From: Vitrella brassicaformis CCMP3155
Taxonomy: Eukaryota; Protista; Chromerida
Direction: 5' to 3'
Length of the DNA stretch: 64,000 nt
NCBI GenBank assembly: GCA_001179505.1
Contig: CDMY01000262.1
Coordinates: forward strand, 62,001 to 126,000
The notes under the pieces were generated by a model. The model was given only the letters and a program-made list of their open reading frames with translations, ran no database searches and was not told the origin of the DNA. The translations under genes were made by a program, and so were the position numbers. Below are positions 1 through 12,599 of this stretch, in pieces. Numbering within the stretch: position 1 is the stretch's first letter; every line of letters starts with the position of its first letter.

Positions 1-79
1 AAGAACGAAGACGTTAAAGGCCAAACAACGACCACAAACAGACCGTGACCAACACGTTACCATAAGAATGCTCACTCAC

Positions 80-238
80 CTGACAGAGGCGCTTCCAACG
101 CGAGAAACAAGCCTTGAGTGACGCAGTGCGCTCGTCAGCTGCTCGGCATTTGGCACCAGGCAGGCACCAGAAGGCTCGGCAGATGGCGAGGCGCAATGGA
201 TGCGGCTTACGTCGGTAGAAAAAAGTGGCGGCCGCCAT
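80..238 (-). CDS. Possible first exon of a gene running off the left edge (hypothetical protein)
   Basis: ATG at 238 opens MAAATFFYRRKPHPLRLAIC...RWKRLCQ, ending at a strong donor CAG|GTGAGT at 80/79. No homology recognised. Confidence 0.3.
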
Positions 239-1134
239 TTGCTGATGCAGGGTGGGCTAGGCGCATAGCCCAAGCGCCAGGCAAAAGGATCAAGAACTGA
301 AGGAGATACGGGCAGAAGAATGCCGAAAAAGCTGATGCGCGGCGAAACTGGCGATAAATTACTAGCTTTTCGAATTCCGGGGCTGTCTCGGCCATCGCGG
401 AATTCTCGCCGTCTCCGGACGCGAATCTCGAAGCATTCCGAGCCCAGGGGCGGAGAAGGGTTGCTGCGAACGGCACAGAAATGCAAATGCGGACATATGT
501 CACACACAAATGTTGCACAAACGAGCCATGGCAAACGAGTCAGCTCTCGTGGCCTTCTTGCTCTTGGATGGGGCTGAAAATGCTGGATTTGAGCAAAGCA
601 GCCCCTGAGCATCCTCCATCATCCTCCGCGACTTGAGAGTGGCTCGTGGGCTTGTACAACAATCAGCAGTGTGGGCTTCTACAACACTCAGCAGTCAGCA
701 GTGGAATCAGCTCGTCCCTATTTGCTTGCTTTACTCAGACTTGCTGGACGCAATTGCTGGACAGGGGACGCCTGGTGCAGCGTGACCGTTGATTCTGCGT
801 GCTCGCATATACTGCACCCAAGCTAGGATAACAGCGACATGGGGTCTGCTGTCGGACAGGATGCGAACGGCCGCCATGTGTTCGCTGGACATGTTGTCTG
901 CCAGCACAGAGTCATTCGTTCAAGGGACCATGCACACCATCGTGTTAACAAATGCACACACAGCGATGGTCAGCCAATTGGTCAGCCATCAGTCCAGCTC
1001 TGCAATTCGGCAACTAGATGTCCATTGCAGCATTGTCTGTCTGTCTGTTCGAACTTTCGAGAACTGAAAAACGGCACCAAGCTCACTGAAGATACACACT
1101 ATACACACCCACACCCACACCCACGCCGCTGTCC

Positions 1135-2495
1135 TCACAGGACCACCTCCAGCAGCCCACATGCGCCGCATTTGATGAACAGCGCCTCGTAGTCCTCATT
1201 CAGCTCAAACTGAGCCGTGGCCATGCAGTATTGACTGCACACAGAGAGAGGGAGAAACGGTGCAGCCAAGGAAGACCATGTGTGGGAGTCTATCTGATCT
1301 CACCTGTGTTCCTTGACGGCCGCGTCGAGGCGCTCCCGGACTGCGTCGCGATCCAGGCCTCATCCTGACCACACACAGACAAGGAGCAATCGGTGTGCCC
1401 ACCGGCTCTGTGTCCGTGAGTGTGTGGGTGTGTGGGTGTCCCTGCACCCACCTGCACACAGAGCCTGAAGCCGCAGCCGCCGACCTTGCACATGACGGTG
1501 CCATAGCGCACATCGACAGTCTGCCGACCGCACAGTGGACACACAACTGCACACAACCAGGCATCCACACCAACAACCGTGCACAGCATTTCTGTCGGTC
1601 GGGGTGAGCTTACTGTTGTCTTGTTCCCGCAGCCGCCATTCCTCCTCGAGTGCGGCCGACTCCTCGTCCAGATCAGCGTCCTCGCGAGCCAAATACTCCT
1701 CCCCCTCTGAACCAACACACACCAACCACCAACACACTCACGGATGCTCTCGTGTCAGGCAGCTTTCGTGCCCGCCCACCGACCCTGTATTTGCATTTCC
1801 TCCTTGATCGATTGCTCGATGAACAGCAGCAGGTCGATGTACTCATCATCCGCCAGCGTAATGGCCACATCGGCATCGTCCTCGCGCATGCTGATGTCCA
1901 GGGGCTCACGGACGGCTCGTCTGGCCTCTCGCACAGACGGCAGGGAGGGCGAGGGCGGCAGGGCAGATGACGGCCGCTCCTGTTGGTAGGGCGCCTGGGG
2001 TGTGGTCGACGCCTCTGCGATGCTATCGTTGTAGACATCGAGGCAGCTTCAGCGATCTGGTGAGCCACGTCACGGACCTGTGGACACACACAGAGCACCC
2101 AGATGCATGATGCGCCCTCCTCCCTGATCCCTCCTCTCTCCCCACTGACCCAGTTGCCCGTCACCGCATCCGATTGTGTGAGCTCAACTCTGCTAGCAAA
2201 ACAACAAAAACTGGTGGCTCTGGACGTATTGTGTGCTGAATGCGATGAGTGCGTTGTGCTGCTGACCTTCTGTAGTCGTCGAGCAGCCGCTGCCTGTCTT
2301 GCTTGAGCCGCTCCAGGCAGATCCGCCGCAGCTCTTGCTTGGCGCGGGGCGTCCAGTCCCTCTTGACGCCCTGCCGCACGCCAACACGGGGACCATCGCC
2401 AGCAAGCGACATGAGCCGACGAACAGTCCGCAGATCGAAGCAGATTGGATTCACTGAGGGACTACTGGCATCATGGTGATGCTATGCTCCTTCAT
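1135..2495 (-). CDS. RPAIN: RPA-interacting protein (RPAIN/RIP-like), multi-exon
   Basis: The spliced exons give N-terminal GVKRDWTPRAKQELRRICLERLKQDRQRLLDDYR (RPA_interact_N-like) and an acidic middle DEYIDLLLFIEQSIKEE. The C-terminal Zn-finger reads VVCPLCG..CKVGGCG..EH..C..F..LFIKCGACGLLEVVL, with TGA at 1135-1137. The start codon (2495) is uncertain. Confidence 0.8.
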
Positions 2496-2597
2496 GGGCC
2501 TCTCCTTTTGCAGCCAAAGCATTGCGAGCTGCAGAGATGCTCTGCAGCTCAGCTCGCAAGTGGGCAAAGCGGATGATTTTGCGCTTCTGATGGGGCC
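2496..2597. promoter_or_regulatory. Putative bidirectional promoter (RPAIN / DusA) with inverted AGCTCGCA pair
   Basis: About 100 nt separate the divergent starts. TGCGAGCT at 2523-2530 and AGCTCGCA at 2551-2558 flank the inverted repeat ctgcagag-atg-ctctgcag. Confidence 0.5.
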
Positions 2598-3928
2598 ATG
2601 CTACTGGCACTCCTACTGATCTATCAACTACAGCTCTGCACAAGCTTTATTCGACCACAGGACATCCGCCATGTCGGCAGCAGACACCGAATGCTCGGCA
2701 GATTGGCACCCAGAGCGGCCGCAGGGGATATGCACCGCTTCTCAGTGGCTCCCATGATGGACTACACCGACAAACACTTCCGCTTCCTCATGAGGCTGCT
2801 CACACGCAACGCGACGCTGTACACAGAGATGGTCGCCGCCAACGCCCTCTACTACACCAACCGCCATGCAGCAGCTGACGCCACAGCCGATTCCATGATT
2901 CCGCGATCTCTGGCGACGAACGCCGAGAGCATCGAGTCGCCTTGTGTGCTGCAGCTGGGCGGATCTGACCCTGATGTCCTCGCAGAAGCGTCGCGGATGG
3001 CATCGACATATCATCCTTTCACAGAGATGAATCTCAACTGTGGCTGCCCGTCGGAACGAGTCGCTGGCAAAGGGGCTTTCGGTGCGGCACTGATGCGAGA
3101 GCCAGCTCTCGTTGCCGAGCTGTGCAAAGCGATGCGGCAGGGCGGGGGGCGGCCGACCACCGTCAAGTGCCGCATCGGCGTGGATGACCATGACTCGTTT
3201 GAGGAGCTGCAGCGGTTCATCGCTACCGTGGCTGAGAGGGCGCATGTGTCCCACTTCATCATCCACAGCCGCAAGGCCATCCTCAGCGGCCTCTCGCCAG
3301 AGCAGAACCGCAAGATCCCGCCACTGATATACGAGTACGTCTATCGGCTGGTGGAGGGCTTCCCGGGTCTCCGGTTCACGCTGAATGGCGGCGTGCTGAC
3401 CTATGAGGACATCGACACGCACTTTGAGAGGTGCCCGACACTGACTGGGGTGATGGTGGGGCGAGCGGTGTTGGACAGGCCCTTCTACTGGAGCGAGGTC
3501 GACTCGCGCCTCCACGGCAGAGACAACCCGGGGCTCAATCGACGAGAGGTACACTGCAGAAGATACTAGGACCTTCTGACCTCCCAAACACTCTTGTGTG
3601 TGTTTGTGTGTGGTGTGTGTAGGTGTTGGCTGCGTACGGCAGCTACTGCGATGCAGAAATGGAGCGCACCGACCCGTCACGGCAGAGGTCTCTCCGCAAT
3701 CTGCTGCTCAAGCACGCTCTCAACCTGTTTGCTGGCGAGCCCATGAGCAGGAAATACAAGCAGCGAGTCGAGGCGTTGCGGCAGCGGGGTGACGTGTCTG
3801 TGTCGGCCATCCTGAGTGAGGCGGGGGAGCAGCTGCACGAGGGTGTGCTCGAGAGGCGGCCTGGGAGTGAGGGGCAGGTTGCCGCTGACTGCAGTGACAG
3901 TGTGTTGATAGGGAGAGAGATGGGTTGA
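2598..3928 (+). CDS. dusA: tRNA-dihydrouridine synthase, DusA type, with N-terminal signal + transit-like extension
   Basis: Motifs FSVAPMMDYTD, YTEMV, LQLGGSDP, NLNCGCPS, GAALM, TVKCRIGVDD, IIHSRKAIL.GLSPEQNRKIPPL, NGG, GVMVGRA are present. One intron at ~3549-3622. Confidence 0.93.
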
Positions 3929-5439
3929 TGTGTTGTGAGTCGTGTGTTTCTGCGACATGGTCGTTGATTGCATCACTGTGCCTCCTGTATGGCGTGGAGG
4001 ATCTCCTCTCTTGTCTTGTCGATGCTGGCAACACAAGAGTGGAGAGCCTGGACGTGGCTCAGGAGGCACAGTGTGTCCATTGTGCATCTCGGTCGAGACA
4101 AGTTGAGTGACATTCTGTCCATGTAATGGCTGTGTCAGGTTTGGGCCGGCTAATCTGTCACGTTCACGCACACGTCCAAAGAGGGCACCAAATACCAGTA
4201 GTGGTCGCTGTGGTCGCTAACCATACTGACACTCGAAACCAACACCGCATGTGCGATGTGATCCATGTGATGTCTACTTAGCAATCTATCAGTCGAGTCC
4301 AGTCGAGTCGGTCTGTCTGCCCGCCTGCCTGCTGGTCGAGTGAAACCAAATCGAGTGAGAGTTACAGTCTCACTGCTGGCAAGAAATGCATCTCAAATGG
4401 CGGACCATCCATCCACCTACTCACATGCACTGCCTGCACGGGCAAACGCTTTGCTATCAGGTTACAGGACCACTGCAGTACTCAACGCTACGCTAATACA
4501 CGGCACTCTATCAGCCAGTCAAGTTGGTCTACCTATCTTCCTGCAAGTCAGTGGCACAACATCCATCCATCCAGCCATCTGAGCGCAGTGAGTGAGCGCG
4601 GCGGCACTCACTGCACTGCACTGCATGACGCACAAACTGGGAGGGCAGCTCGTTAGTGTCAGCAGCAGCAGCGGAGTCCGTCTGCCACGGAGGTCATGTC
4701 ATTCGTGTAAGTCAGTCACACACGCACCACAGACCAAGCCAGCACATACACCAAGGACATCCATCCAGCTGACCAACACACACGGGCAAAAGACATCCAC
4801 ACGAACCCAGCCCTCAAGAGGCGTACGGAGCGTCTCATCGGGCAGCACGCACGACAGAACGAAACACGGACGGACAAATGGACCTGCGCATCGCATCCAC
4901 ATCACTCGCTGCCTCCCTTTTTTTGTTGTATGTGTGCGGCACAAAAAATAGTAAGTCAGCAAGGACAAGAACCCCACGCTCACGTGTAACGTCACGTGTA
5001 CACCACACCAGCCATGCACCCACCCCTCCTGCCAGCCAGCCAGCCAGGCTGCCAGGCTGGACACTCGAGCCTCTTGGTACCAACCAAAAATATGTATCAT
5101 GTATAGCCATACTCACGAGCCATCGCCGTTGGTTCGTATGCAGCGTGGGCTGCCTGCCTGCCTGCCTTCATGTCAGAGCCAACCCACCCACACGCACTGA
5201 TGAGAGGCGACCCGCCGACACTCTCCAGATGCTCCCCCTCGGTGGATTGCGGCCTTAGGCCGCTCCGCCACGACACCATGGCTTTTGACAGTATGGCTCG
5301 TGACCACGATAAGCGTGGGTCGACTGAATCAGACACCAAGTCCACTCCTGCACCACAACCACAGCAACCGATCGATACATGAACGTCATCCATCCATCAA
5401 TGCATTTGTGCGCATGGACTCTTCTGCTGTGGTCAATCG

Positions 5440-8068
5440 CTCACCGACTAGGGATCTGAGGCTGTACAAATGGCTGCATAGTTCTCAGGGATGTGATCCT
5501 CCCGATGCCGATGTCGGGCCGCTCCGCAACGAACGCACCTGCCCCTCCGACCGCTCCAGCTGACGGTAGTGCAGTGCCCTGGCTCCTCAGTCAGGTGACC
5601 TGCCCGGCGACCACCCTCGCCCCCTCCACCTCCGCCGGCACGCCACGCATGTCCATGGTGCCCCTGCGGTGGACAGCGTCGCCCTCACCGGGCTGCTGCT
5701 GCTGGAGTGGTAGGGCCACCGATCGTGTGGCGGCGGGCATGGCAAAGTCGGGGCCGGTGACCTGCTCCTGGCGCGACGGACGGTGGAAGAGGGGAGTCTG
5801 TGCGCCAGAGGAGCTTGGTGGTGCTGGGCGTGCCGTTCACGGCACCTGAAGGCATTCGTAAACACATCGCACACACAGACAGACAGACAGACAGATGCAC
5901 CCGTCCATTCATCCAAGATGCAGGTAGGTCCGTCTTTCTGTCTGTCTGTCTGCCTGTGCGTGCTGTGTTTCACTTACCGGGGATGGAGTGGTGGCGAAGA
6001 AGGGCTGCCGTCCAGCCGAACTCTAAAGGCACGCACTCCCGGAGGAATGACTTGCCGATGAAGGCACGCACTCCCGAAGGAATGACTTGCCCGAGCCAGC
6101 CAGACAGACAGCCAATCGCCTCCACCTACACACACAGACACAGACACACACAAACAGATACACACACAGACAGAGACACACAAGTATGTGCACACGCGAG
6201 ATGAGCACATTTTCGCGTACGGTCATACGCGCCTACCTCCCGAAGCGCCAAAGATGACCGACATGTTGACTCCTCGAGTGTTTTCCGGGCGGAAGGCCGC
6301 GAAGAGGGGCCGGAAGCCGGTTGAGTGGAGCTGCACGTTGATGCCGCGGCGGGACTTGCCTGTGGCGACCGCCAGTCGGACACCACATGGCGCCTGCTGG
6401 TGGGGCCGTGGGCGAGACGGTCTCCTCCAGCTGCTGCTCGGGATTTTGCTCTTCTTCTGTCAGTGTTTCTCTCTCGCCCTCCCCCTCAGCTGGTGGCAGC
6501 AGCAGTGGTAATGCCGACGCGGGAAGGTGGCCCGCAGGAGGGAAGGGACGTCCTCAGGGCGAGGGCGGGGTAGTTCCACCCACAGCCGAGAAAACACGGC
6601 CGACGGATCGCTGCACACACACACACACACACAGCGCATGCACTGGTATGACTCAATGGTCGCGATGCCCATTCTCTTGGGTCACCTTTGCAATGCTGTG
6701 CGGTGGTCCACGAAAACTTCCTGACGGCCCGTAGGTAGGTCTCCCGCACCTGGATGTCACATCGCACTCACTCGACTCACCGCTGCCCTCCGCCGCCCCT
6801 CCCCTGTGCTCCAGGAAGGCCTTCACGACAGCTAGGGTGCCGTTGGAAGGCTGTTTATCGCCCTCTGTTGGTCTGGCGGGGTGGCTTCGCCGGTCGGAGA
6901 CAAAGAGGTAGGTCTCGCCGGGTAGGTCTGCCTCCATGGACACCACCACCGGGCCAGGTGACCGGCCGACGGGCTGGATGACCACCCCGGCCCTGAGCGA
7001 CTACCTCGCTCGATGACCGCTTGCGCTTGAGGACCAACCTGAACCAACAAGAGAACAGACACATGCAGACAGACTTGTGTGTGTGGTTGTGTGGTGTCGT
7101 GTCGCCTTCGCTTACCCATGCAAGATGGACGTTTGTGAGAGGAAGCAGACGTTGTTTCTTCTTTCGGCCCTCTTTTGGGGGCCTCTCTCTGTTTTGGCCT
7201 TCTTGTCGCGGGCATACCCGATGTCTTGCTGGAAGATGGTGTGAATGATGCGCTTGCACTGGCTGTCCCGTGCCTGCTGCGGCAGACGGTCATAGTAGGC
7301 GACGACCCTGCCGCGCTTCTGACGACAACACTAACAAACCATGACAGACACACATTTGGTTCCATCCATCCATCCATCCATGTGTGTGTTTGGCGCACTT
7401 GGTGTTCTCTCAGTGCGGCGATGCACAGCTCCTGGAAGAGCTGGCACCGCGACGCCACCACAGAGTCCAAGTCGAAGGGGGCCCGTATACTCATAGTTCA
7501 CCAGGCGCCTCTTGACGCCCACTTGAGGCGCTTCCGGGTGTGCCGCTGTGTGCTCATTCAGCAGTCCGTAGTGCTCGTTGAGTGCGTCCACGGCTGCGTA
7601 CACGTCCGCCCTTTTGCTGAGGTACTTGCGCAGACGAGTGATGGATACGCTGGTCTGCTTCTGGCCGTGCTTGATAATGAGCTCGATGAGGCCGGTGGCA
7701 TCCAGCCCGAAGCCTCCATTCAACGCCACGGCGACCAGGTGCTCGTCGTACTCGCGGATATTGCGGACGTCCTCTGCGGAAGATGCGGCAGTGGCGGCAC
7801 GTGCAGCATGATGCTGATGCTGGGATGAGGCGGACACGCCCATGGCTGGTCTCCCATGGCTCAGATCTCTGGTGCAGGCTGTCTGTAGCTACCCCTCTGG
7901 CCCTTCCTGGGCCGCCCCCGCCCCCTCTTGACAGGCACCTCCTCGACCACCACGTGATCGTCTTGCTCCATGTCCTCATCGCTGTCTTGATAGAGGTCGG
8001 GGTCATCGAGGTCCAGACCCTGCGACTAGCCATCGCCATTCTCATACACCGACTCGCTCTCGCCATCG
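5440..8068 (-). pseudogene. Degraded multi-exon gene with acidic tract and AT-hook (KRGRGRPRK)
   Basis: Coding-like segments (DLDDPDLYQDSDEDMEQDD..VKRGRGRPRKGQ; EDVRNIREYDEHLVAVALNGGFGLDATGLIELIIKH; RVVAYYDRLPQQARD..; GTMDMRGVPAEVEGARVV) have splice signals but are interrupted by in-frame stops and frame changes. Confidence 0.5.
6026..6091. repeat. Two-copy tandem repeat, period 35 nt
   Basis: aaggcacgcactcccg(g/a)aggaatgacttgcc at 6026-6056 and 6061-6091. Confidence 0.85.
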
Positions 8069-8536
8069 TTAGAGTGCATGTCGGCGTCCGAGCTGGTCTT
8101 CCGGCCCCACCGGTCGCCGTCGCGCGGCCCCTGCTTGCGACGGTCGCCCTCTGTCCGCCCCTCCTCCTTTGCTGCCCGGCTTGAACTCGTCCCACTCGCC
8201 CCCGCCCCCTCTTGACTCGTAAACACACGCCCACGCACACGCAAGCTTGCCGCCCTTGCCAGCCTCCGGTGGAGCGTCGGTGACGGTGAGGGAGAAGTTT
8301 GCCTCGCGCCACTCGCAGTCCTTGAGGCCCCTCGACGGCGGATCGAAGACGCCCACGAAAGCAAACAGATGCCGCGGGAATGCGCTGTGGCTGACCACCA
8401 CCACCACCACAGGGTCCTCTCCCACCGCCTTTTTCTCGTCCAGCAGCCGCTCAAACGTCTCCAGATCCTCCCTCACACTCCACCTCCTTCTACCCAGCCC
8501 ATCTCGCCCTCCCCCTCGCCCTGCGATAGTGCCCAC
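8069..8536 (-). pseudogene. Fragment resembling the C-terminal half of a histidine phosphatase (PGM superfamily)
   Basis: EDLETFERLL..VVVVSHSAFPRHLF..GLKDCEWR resembles the 'vVsHg..r.l..l.Nce' segment. No RHG motif lies upstream. It is in frame with the kinase ORF after a TAG. Confidence 0.4.
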
Positions 8537-8542
8537 CCCCCC

Positions 8543-11215
8543 CTATAGTAGGGAGGGGTAGGTCTGTGCGATGAGGCCCTTGATCTCCTCGATGAGCGGG
8601 CCCAGCGATGTGTTGGCAGGTGGGTCGATGGTGGGGGGGGTGGAAGCGAAGCACGCCTTGGCCATCTTCAGGTCCAGCAGCTCGTCGGGCGGCCCGTTGT
8701 GGCTCCTGATGTCGCAATCAATGTCCTCCAGCAGCTTGCTGTGCAGCTTCTCCGCGTCGGCCAGGGCGTCCACCGCGCAGCCCCGCTGTGGCCACTGGGT
8801 GACCAGACGATGGAAAATCCTCTCCTCGACCTTCTCGACCTTCTCGACCTTCTCGACCAGCCCGCCGGCAAACCCCCGGAAGCGCTTCCCCCACGCAGGG
8901 TGGCCGGCCAGTGCGCAGAGGCCGACCGTCACGGCCACGCCGTACGTGTCGGTGTACTGGTCGGTGATCCTCCGCCAATGCTTTGCGCGATGGCGGTGCA
9001 GGTAGCAGAAGGGGAGGAAGGGCATGGCGGTGAGGAGCTCGAGCTTCTCGTGGGGCTCCTCCTTGTGGGGCTCCTCCTTGGGCAGCTCTCTGGCCATCTC
9101 GTGGTCAATTACGACCACGTCCACGCCCCCCCTCCCCTCTGCCGCCTCCGTCTCCTCCCTCCCGTCCGCCATCAGCAGGTTGCCGCCGTGGGCGTCGCCG
9201 TGCAAGAGGGACACCTCACCGCCCGCTCGGCTCCACACTCACGGCAGGTTGGTGCCGACGCCCCTGGCCTTCTTCCGCCAGTCGGCGGTGAGCTCGGCGA
9301 CGTCCCAGTACGCCTCGCTGAGCATGTCAGAGTAGGGCTCAAGCTTGGGAGGGTAGCCGGCCTCTTCGGTGTGCTCTTTCTTGAGCTCGTGCAGGGCCTT
9401 GGGGGCGTGGTAGTGGTGCATGGCGGTCAGCGCCTTGAGCAGCGCCACGTGGATGGTGGTACGGGCAAGGGCCTGGACGGCTGTGACGATGACGGGCTTG
9501 AGTGGCTTGCCACGCGACAGGCTGAAGCAGGGCGGCACGGTTACGGTGGGGGTGATGGCCTGGCCCTGGCTGGTGAGGGTGGCGATGGCGGCCCGGGCGA
9601 GGGTGACCTCCACCAGGTTGGGCGCGTCGATGCCACGGAACTCTGCAGCCAATAGGGACACACAAAAGACAACAGAGATACACCGTGGCTGGAGAGTGAG
9701 TGTGTCATGCTGTCTGCGTGCTGTCTTCTTACTCATGATCTCTATGGCGTAGAAGGGACCGCTCAGCATCAGCGTCATCCATCCCGTCCCCTCTCCGTCA
9801 CACCGCCATCGCTCGTTGGGTGCGGGCAGGCGGACCGCCACGGCCTCGCTGGGGTCGACGTAGCCCCTTGACAGCAGGCGGGGCGCGCCGAGCTGGCCTT
9901 CGAGGCGATGCAGCAGCTGTGCTTCGTCCTCGATGCCCATAAGCCGCTGCACCTTCTCCATCTCGTCGGCGATGAGGGCCTCTGGCACCTGGAGGGCCCG
10001 CAGCAGGCGATCTGGGGCCACGAACTTCACCAGGACCTCCGTCCCTCTCAGTGTCGCCCTCAGCGACACCGACCGGTCGTTAAAGAAGTAGGTGGTGGTG
10101 AAGTGGTGCTCCCCGAGGGCGATCTTCTTGCTGCTGCGGGGCTGCTGGACGGGTGCGGGTGTGGTTGCTGGCTGCGCGGGCTGGCTGGCGTGCTGCTGCT
10201 CCTCCTCCCTGCCCTCGTCGTCCTCTGCGTCCTCCTGCTGTGGGGTAGGCGGTGCAGCAACCGCCTCCATGCGGCCCTCCTCCTCTTCGTTGTCCTCTGC
10301 CCTCTCCCTGTCCTCTCCCTCCTGCTGCGGCGATGGCGCCAGTCCTCCTCGTCCAGCAGCCGGCTCCTCGGCGTCCTCTCCTGTCGGCTCGTGAACGGCC
10401 TCCTCGCCCCGAACGTCCTTATCCTCCTCCCTGCCCTCGGCGTCCTTATCCTCCTCCTGCAGCTGGCTGGGTGGGGCGCGGTCGTCCTCCTCCTCGTCCT
10501 CCTCTGCCCTCTCCTGTTCCTCCTGCTGCCGCTGGTGGCTCATGGCTGGCATGGTGCGGCATCTGTCCTCCTCCGCCTCCTCTCCTTCCCTCTCCCTCTC
10601 CTCCTCACGCTCCCTCCTCTCCTCCACCCTCCCCTCTCCCTCCCTGGCATTCGACGCAGCCGGCACCTCTGTGGTGGCCATCAGGATGGCGGCGATGTTG
10701 GGGCGGGCGGCCACGGCGTGGCGCTGCGGTGCTGCTGCTGTTTGTGGGGCACGGTGGGGCGCCATGGCGGCGGCGGGCGGAACGAAACCCCAGCCAGGGG
10801 CATGCACGGCCGACGCACCCGATGCAGCGATGGGAGGCGGCTGGCGGATGTGCTGCTGCATCAAATGGGGCGGGGCCGGCATGGCTGGTGGCGCATGCGC
10901 GCCGATGGGCGCCGCTGTCGCACCATACTGGTCCTGCCGAGCCCGAAGGCAAGGCGGACACACGAATGGGTTGACGCGCGTGCGCCAGGGGGCGCCACGT
11001 GTGTGCTGTGGGCGTGGCGGCTTCCGTGCTGGCGGCTTGCACCGCCTGTGAGCGGGATGCCGCTCGATTGGCCTGATGGGCACTGGGGGAGGCGTCGGCC
11101 ACATGCAAGGGGGATGTTGCTGTGGATGCTGGTGCCGGTGGAAGGGCTGCGGCATGTTGAGGGCGGGTGCCGCTCCATAGACGAAGACCTGCTGCTCGCG
11201 CGCGAAAGACGGCAT
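8543..11215 (-). pseudogene. Protein-kinase-like gene (long Pro/Gln and acidic N-terminus) interrupted by an in-frame TGA
   Basis: VLVKF (VAIK-like), LLHGDAHGGNLLM catalytic loop and VVIDHEMAR (DFG-like) are present. An in-frame TGA at 9239-9241 separates the lobes. There is one probable intron at ~9650-9730. Confidence 0.65.
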
Positions 11216-11379
11216 CGTCGTCGTCTTCGATGTCTTTGTGAGCAGCAGGTAAAGAAGAAAAGCTCGCAGATAAGCTCGCAAGAGGAAGGAGGAGAAGAAG
11301 AGGAAGGTCTAGATATGTAGCTGGGACCAGCTCATATTTTGAGGCTGATGACCAGGGACTGCAGGTACAAAATGCCAGG

Positions 11380-11800
11380 ACGAGAGATCCATGCACGACG
11401 TCATTGATGCATTCATGGGTGCCGTGTGTGTCTGTGTGCAGGCAGCCGCCAGCACACGAGCTTTGAAGAGATGCTCTGACACAGGTGAAGGAAGCGACAC
11501 TCACAGAGGCTCCCGTACTGGGCCATGGGTTGTGGCTGCGTGTCGTGCTCAGATGGAGGATGGTCTGGCGACGATTGAGGGCCGGCGCATAGCCGCCGAC
11601 GTCGCTCCCCGGGTCAGAGATTCGTCCGATCACCACTGCAGAAATGACACTCCTTCTCTGTCTGTCTGTCTGTCTGTCCATGTCTATGGCCTCAGGTGCC
11701 GTCCGGCTCCTCTCACCTGTCCACTCCCACGAGCGGCACCGCGGCGGCTTCCAGTGGGTGGCCTTGAGGGTCATCACACGCCTGGCGGAGCTGTCGCCGC
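11380..11800 (+). pseudogene. Relic of the N-terminal exons of the lineage-specific family seen at 30526-32366
   Basis: MEDGLATIEGRRIAADVAPR|VPSGSSHLST matches VECDVTTIEGSFIANVAPK|VPSVASHWST, with a homologous intron (gtcagaga...atggcctcag). Confidence 0.55.
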
Positions 11801-12599
11801 ATCTAAATCTGTGGATGGGTAGTGGCGACAGGAGCTCTTCACTACCCGGGCGGCTGTGTGTCGGCTTCCCATCGCTGCCTGGGCGGCTTTCCCATTTGGT
11901 CGGATCGATCTGTGCCCTTTTCAGTCCGGCAAATCTGCGGCGCTGCTTATCGTCGTTTGGCTGATCTGTCGTCAAGTAGAGTATTTCCGTGCTAGACTTC
12001 CGTGTGAGTAGTCGCCTGCGTGAGTGTACACAGTGATGGAGAGATGAACAGCTAGAAGCGTCTTTGCGCTCTCTTGCTGGCCATCCTCGCAATTGGTCTG
12101 GACACCGTCCACACAAGTAAGAGGAGACGGGCACCACACACAGCACACAGGCCTGCACGCGCCTTTCTACTCCACTGCTGTCTTCCTGTGTGCAGGTTCG
12201 TCATCTGTCGTCGCAGCCCCACTCTTTTTCTGACCTGCCGTGACGACACCAGCAGCGGCTCATCAGCACTGCCTGCGTCGGCCATCAGTGCGCGTGTCCA
12301 TCTGAAGGGCGGCAGCAGAGGGAGACTGATCTGACAGACACACCGCATGGACGGCTGTCTGGAGTCTGGCTGCAGTGACCGACGCCTCAGCCTCCGCCTG
12401 ATGTCGGTCTTGGCGAGGCGTCTCGTGTGATGTTTGGGGCCGTGCTGGCCGAGCGGTGAGTGGATGAGCGATGTGGGCATCGACGACGTGAAGGAAATGA
12501 TAAAGCCGCTCACAAGGACAAGAAGGGAAGGAGACAGACGGGAGTGTGGGAGTCATTCATCGGCTGTGCTGATACCTGACCAAGATGGCCTTACGGTCT

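Noticed and set aside
4000-5400. ORFs and short repeats between DusA and the pseudogene region
   Set aside because: They are dominated by microsatellites and short direct repeats (cagtcgagtc). No coherent exon chain or motif was found.
6026-6091. 35-nt-period repeat as a CRISPR array
   Set aside because: Only two adjacent copies, no unique spacers, no cas genes, eukaryotic context.
9230-9241. GTGAGT at the kinase's in-frame TGA as a micro-intron rescuing the ORF
   Set aside because: The only frame-restoring AG gives a 12-nt intron, far below other introns here. The 17- and 28-nt options shift the frame.
9239-9241. Selenocysteine or alternative genetic code for the TGA
   Set aside because: The position is not a redox Cys site, and TGA terminates RPAIN, the transporter, CYP51, PARP and ABCG in this window. 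No SECIS could be identified by eye.
8699-12158. Long opposite-strand/alternate-frame ORFs (8699-9655 +, 9908-11320 +, 10605-12158 -)
   Set aside because: These are shadow ORFs of GC-rich, low-complexity coding sequence, with no recognisable motifs and Leu/Pro/Arg-biased composition.
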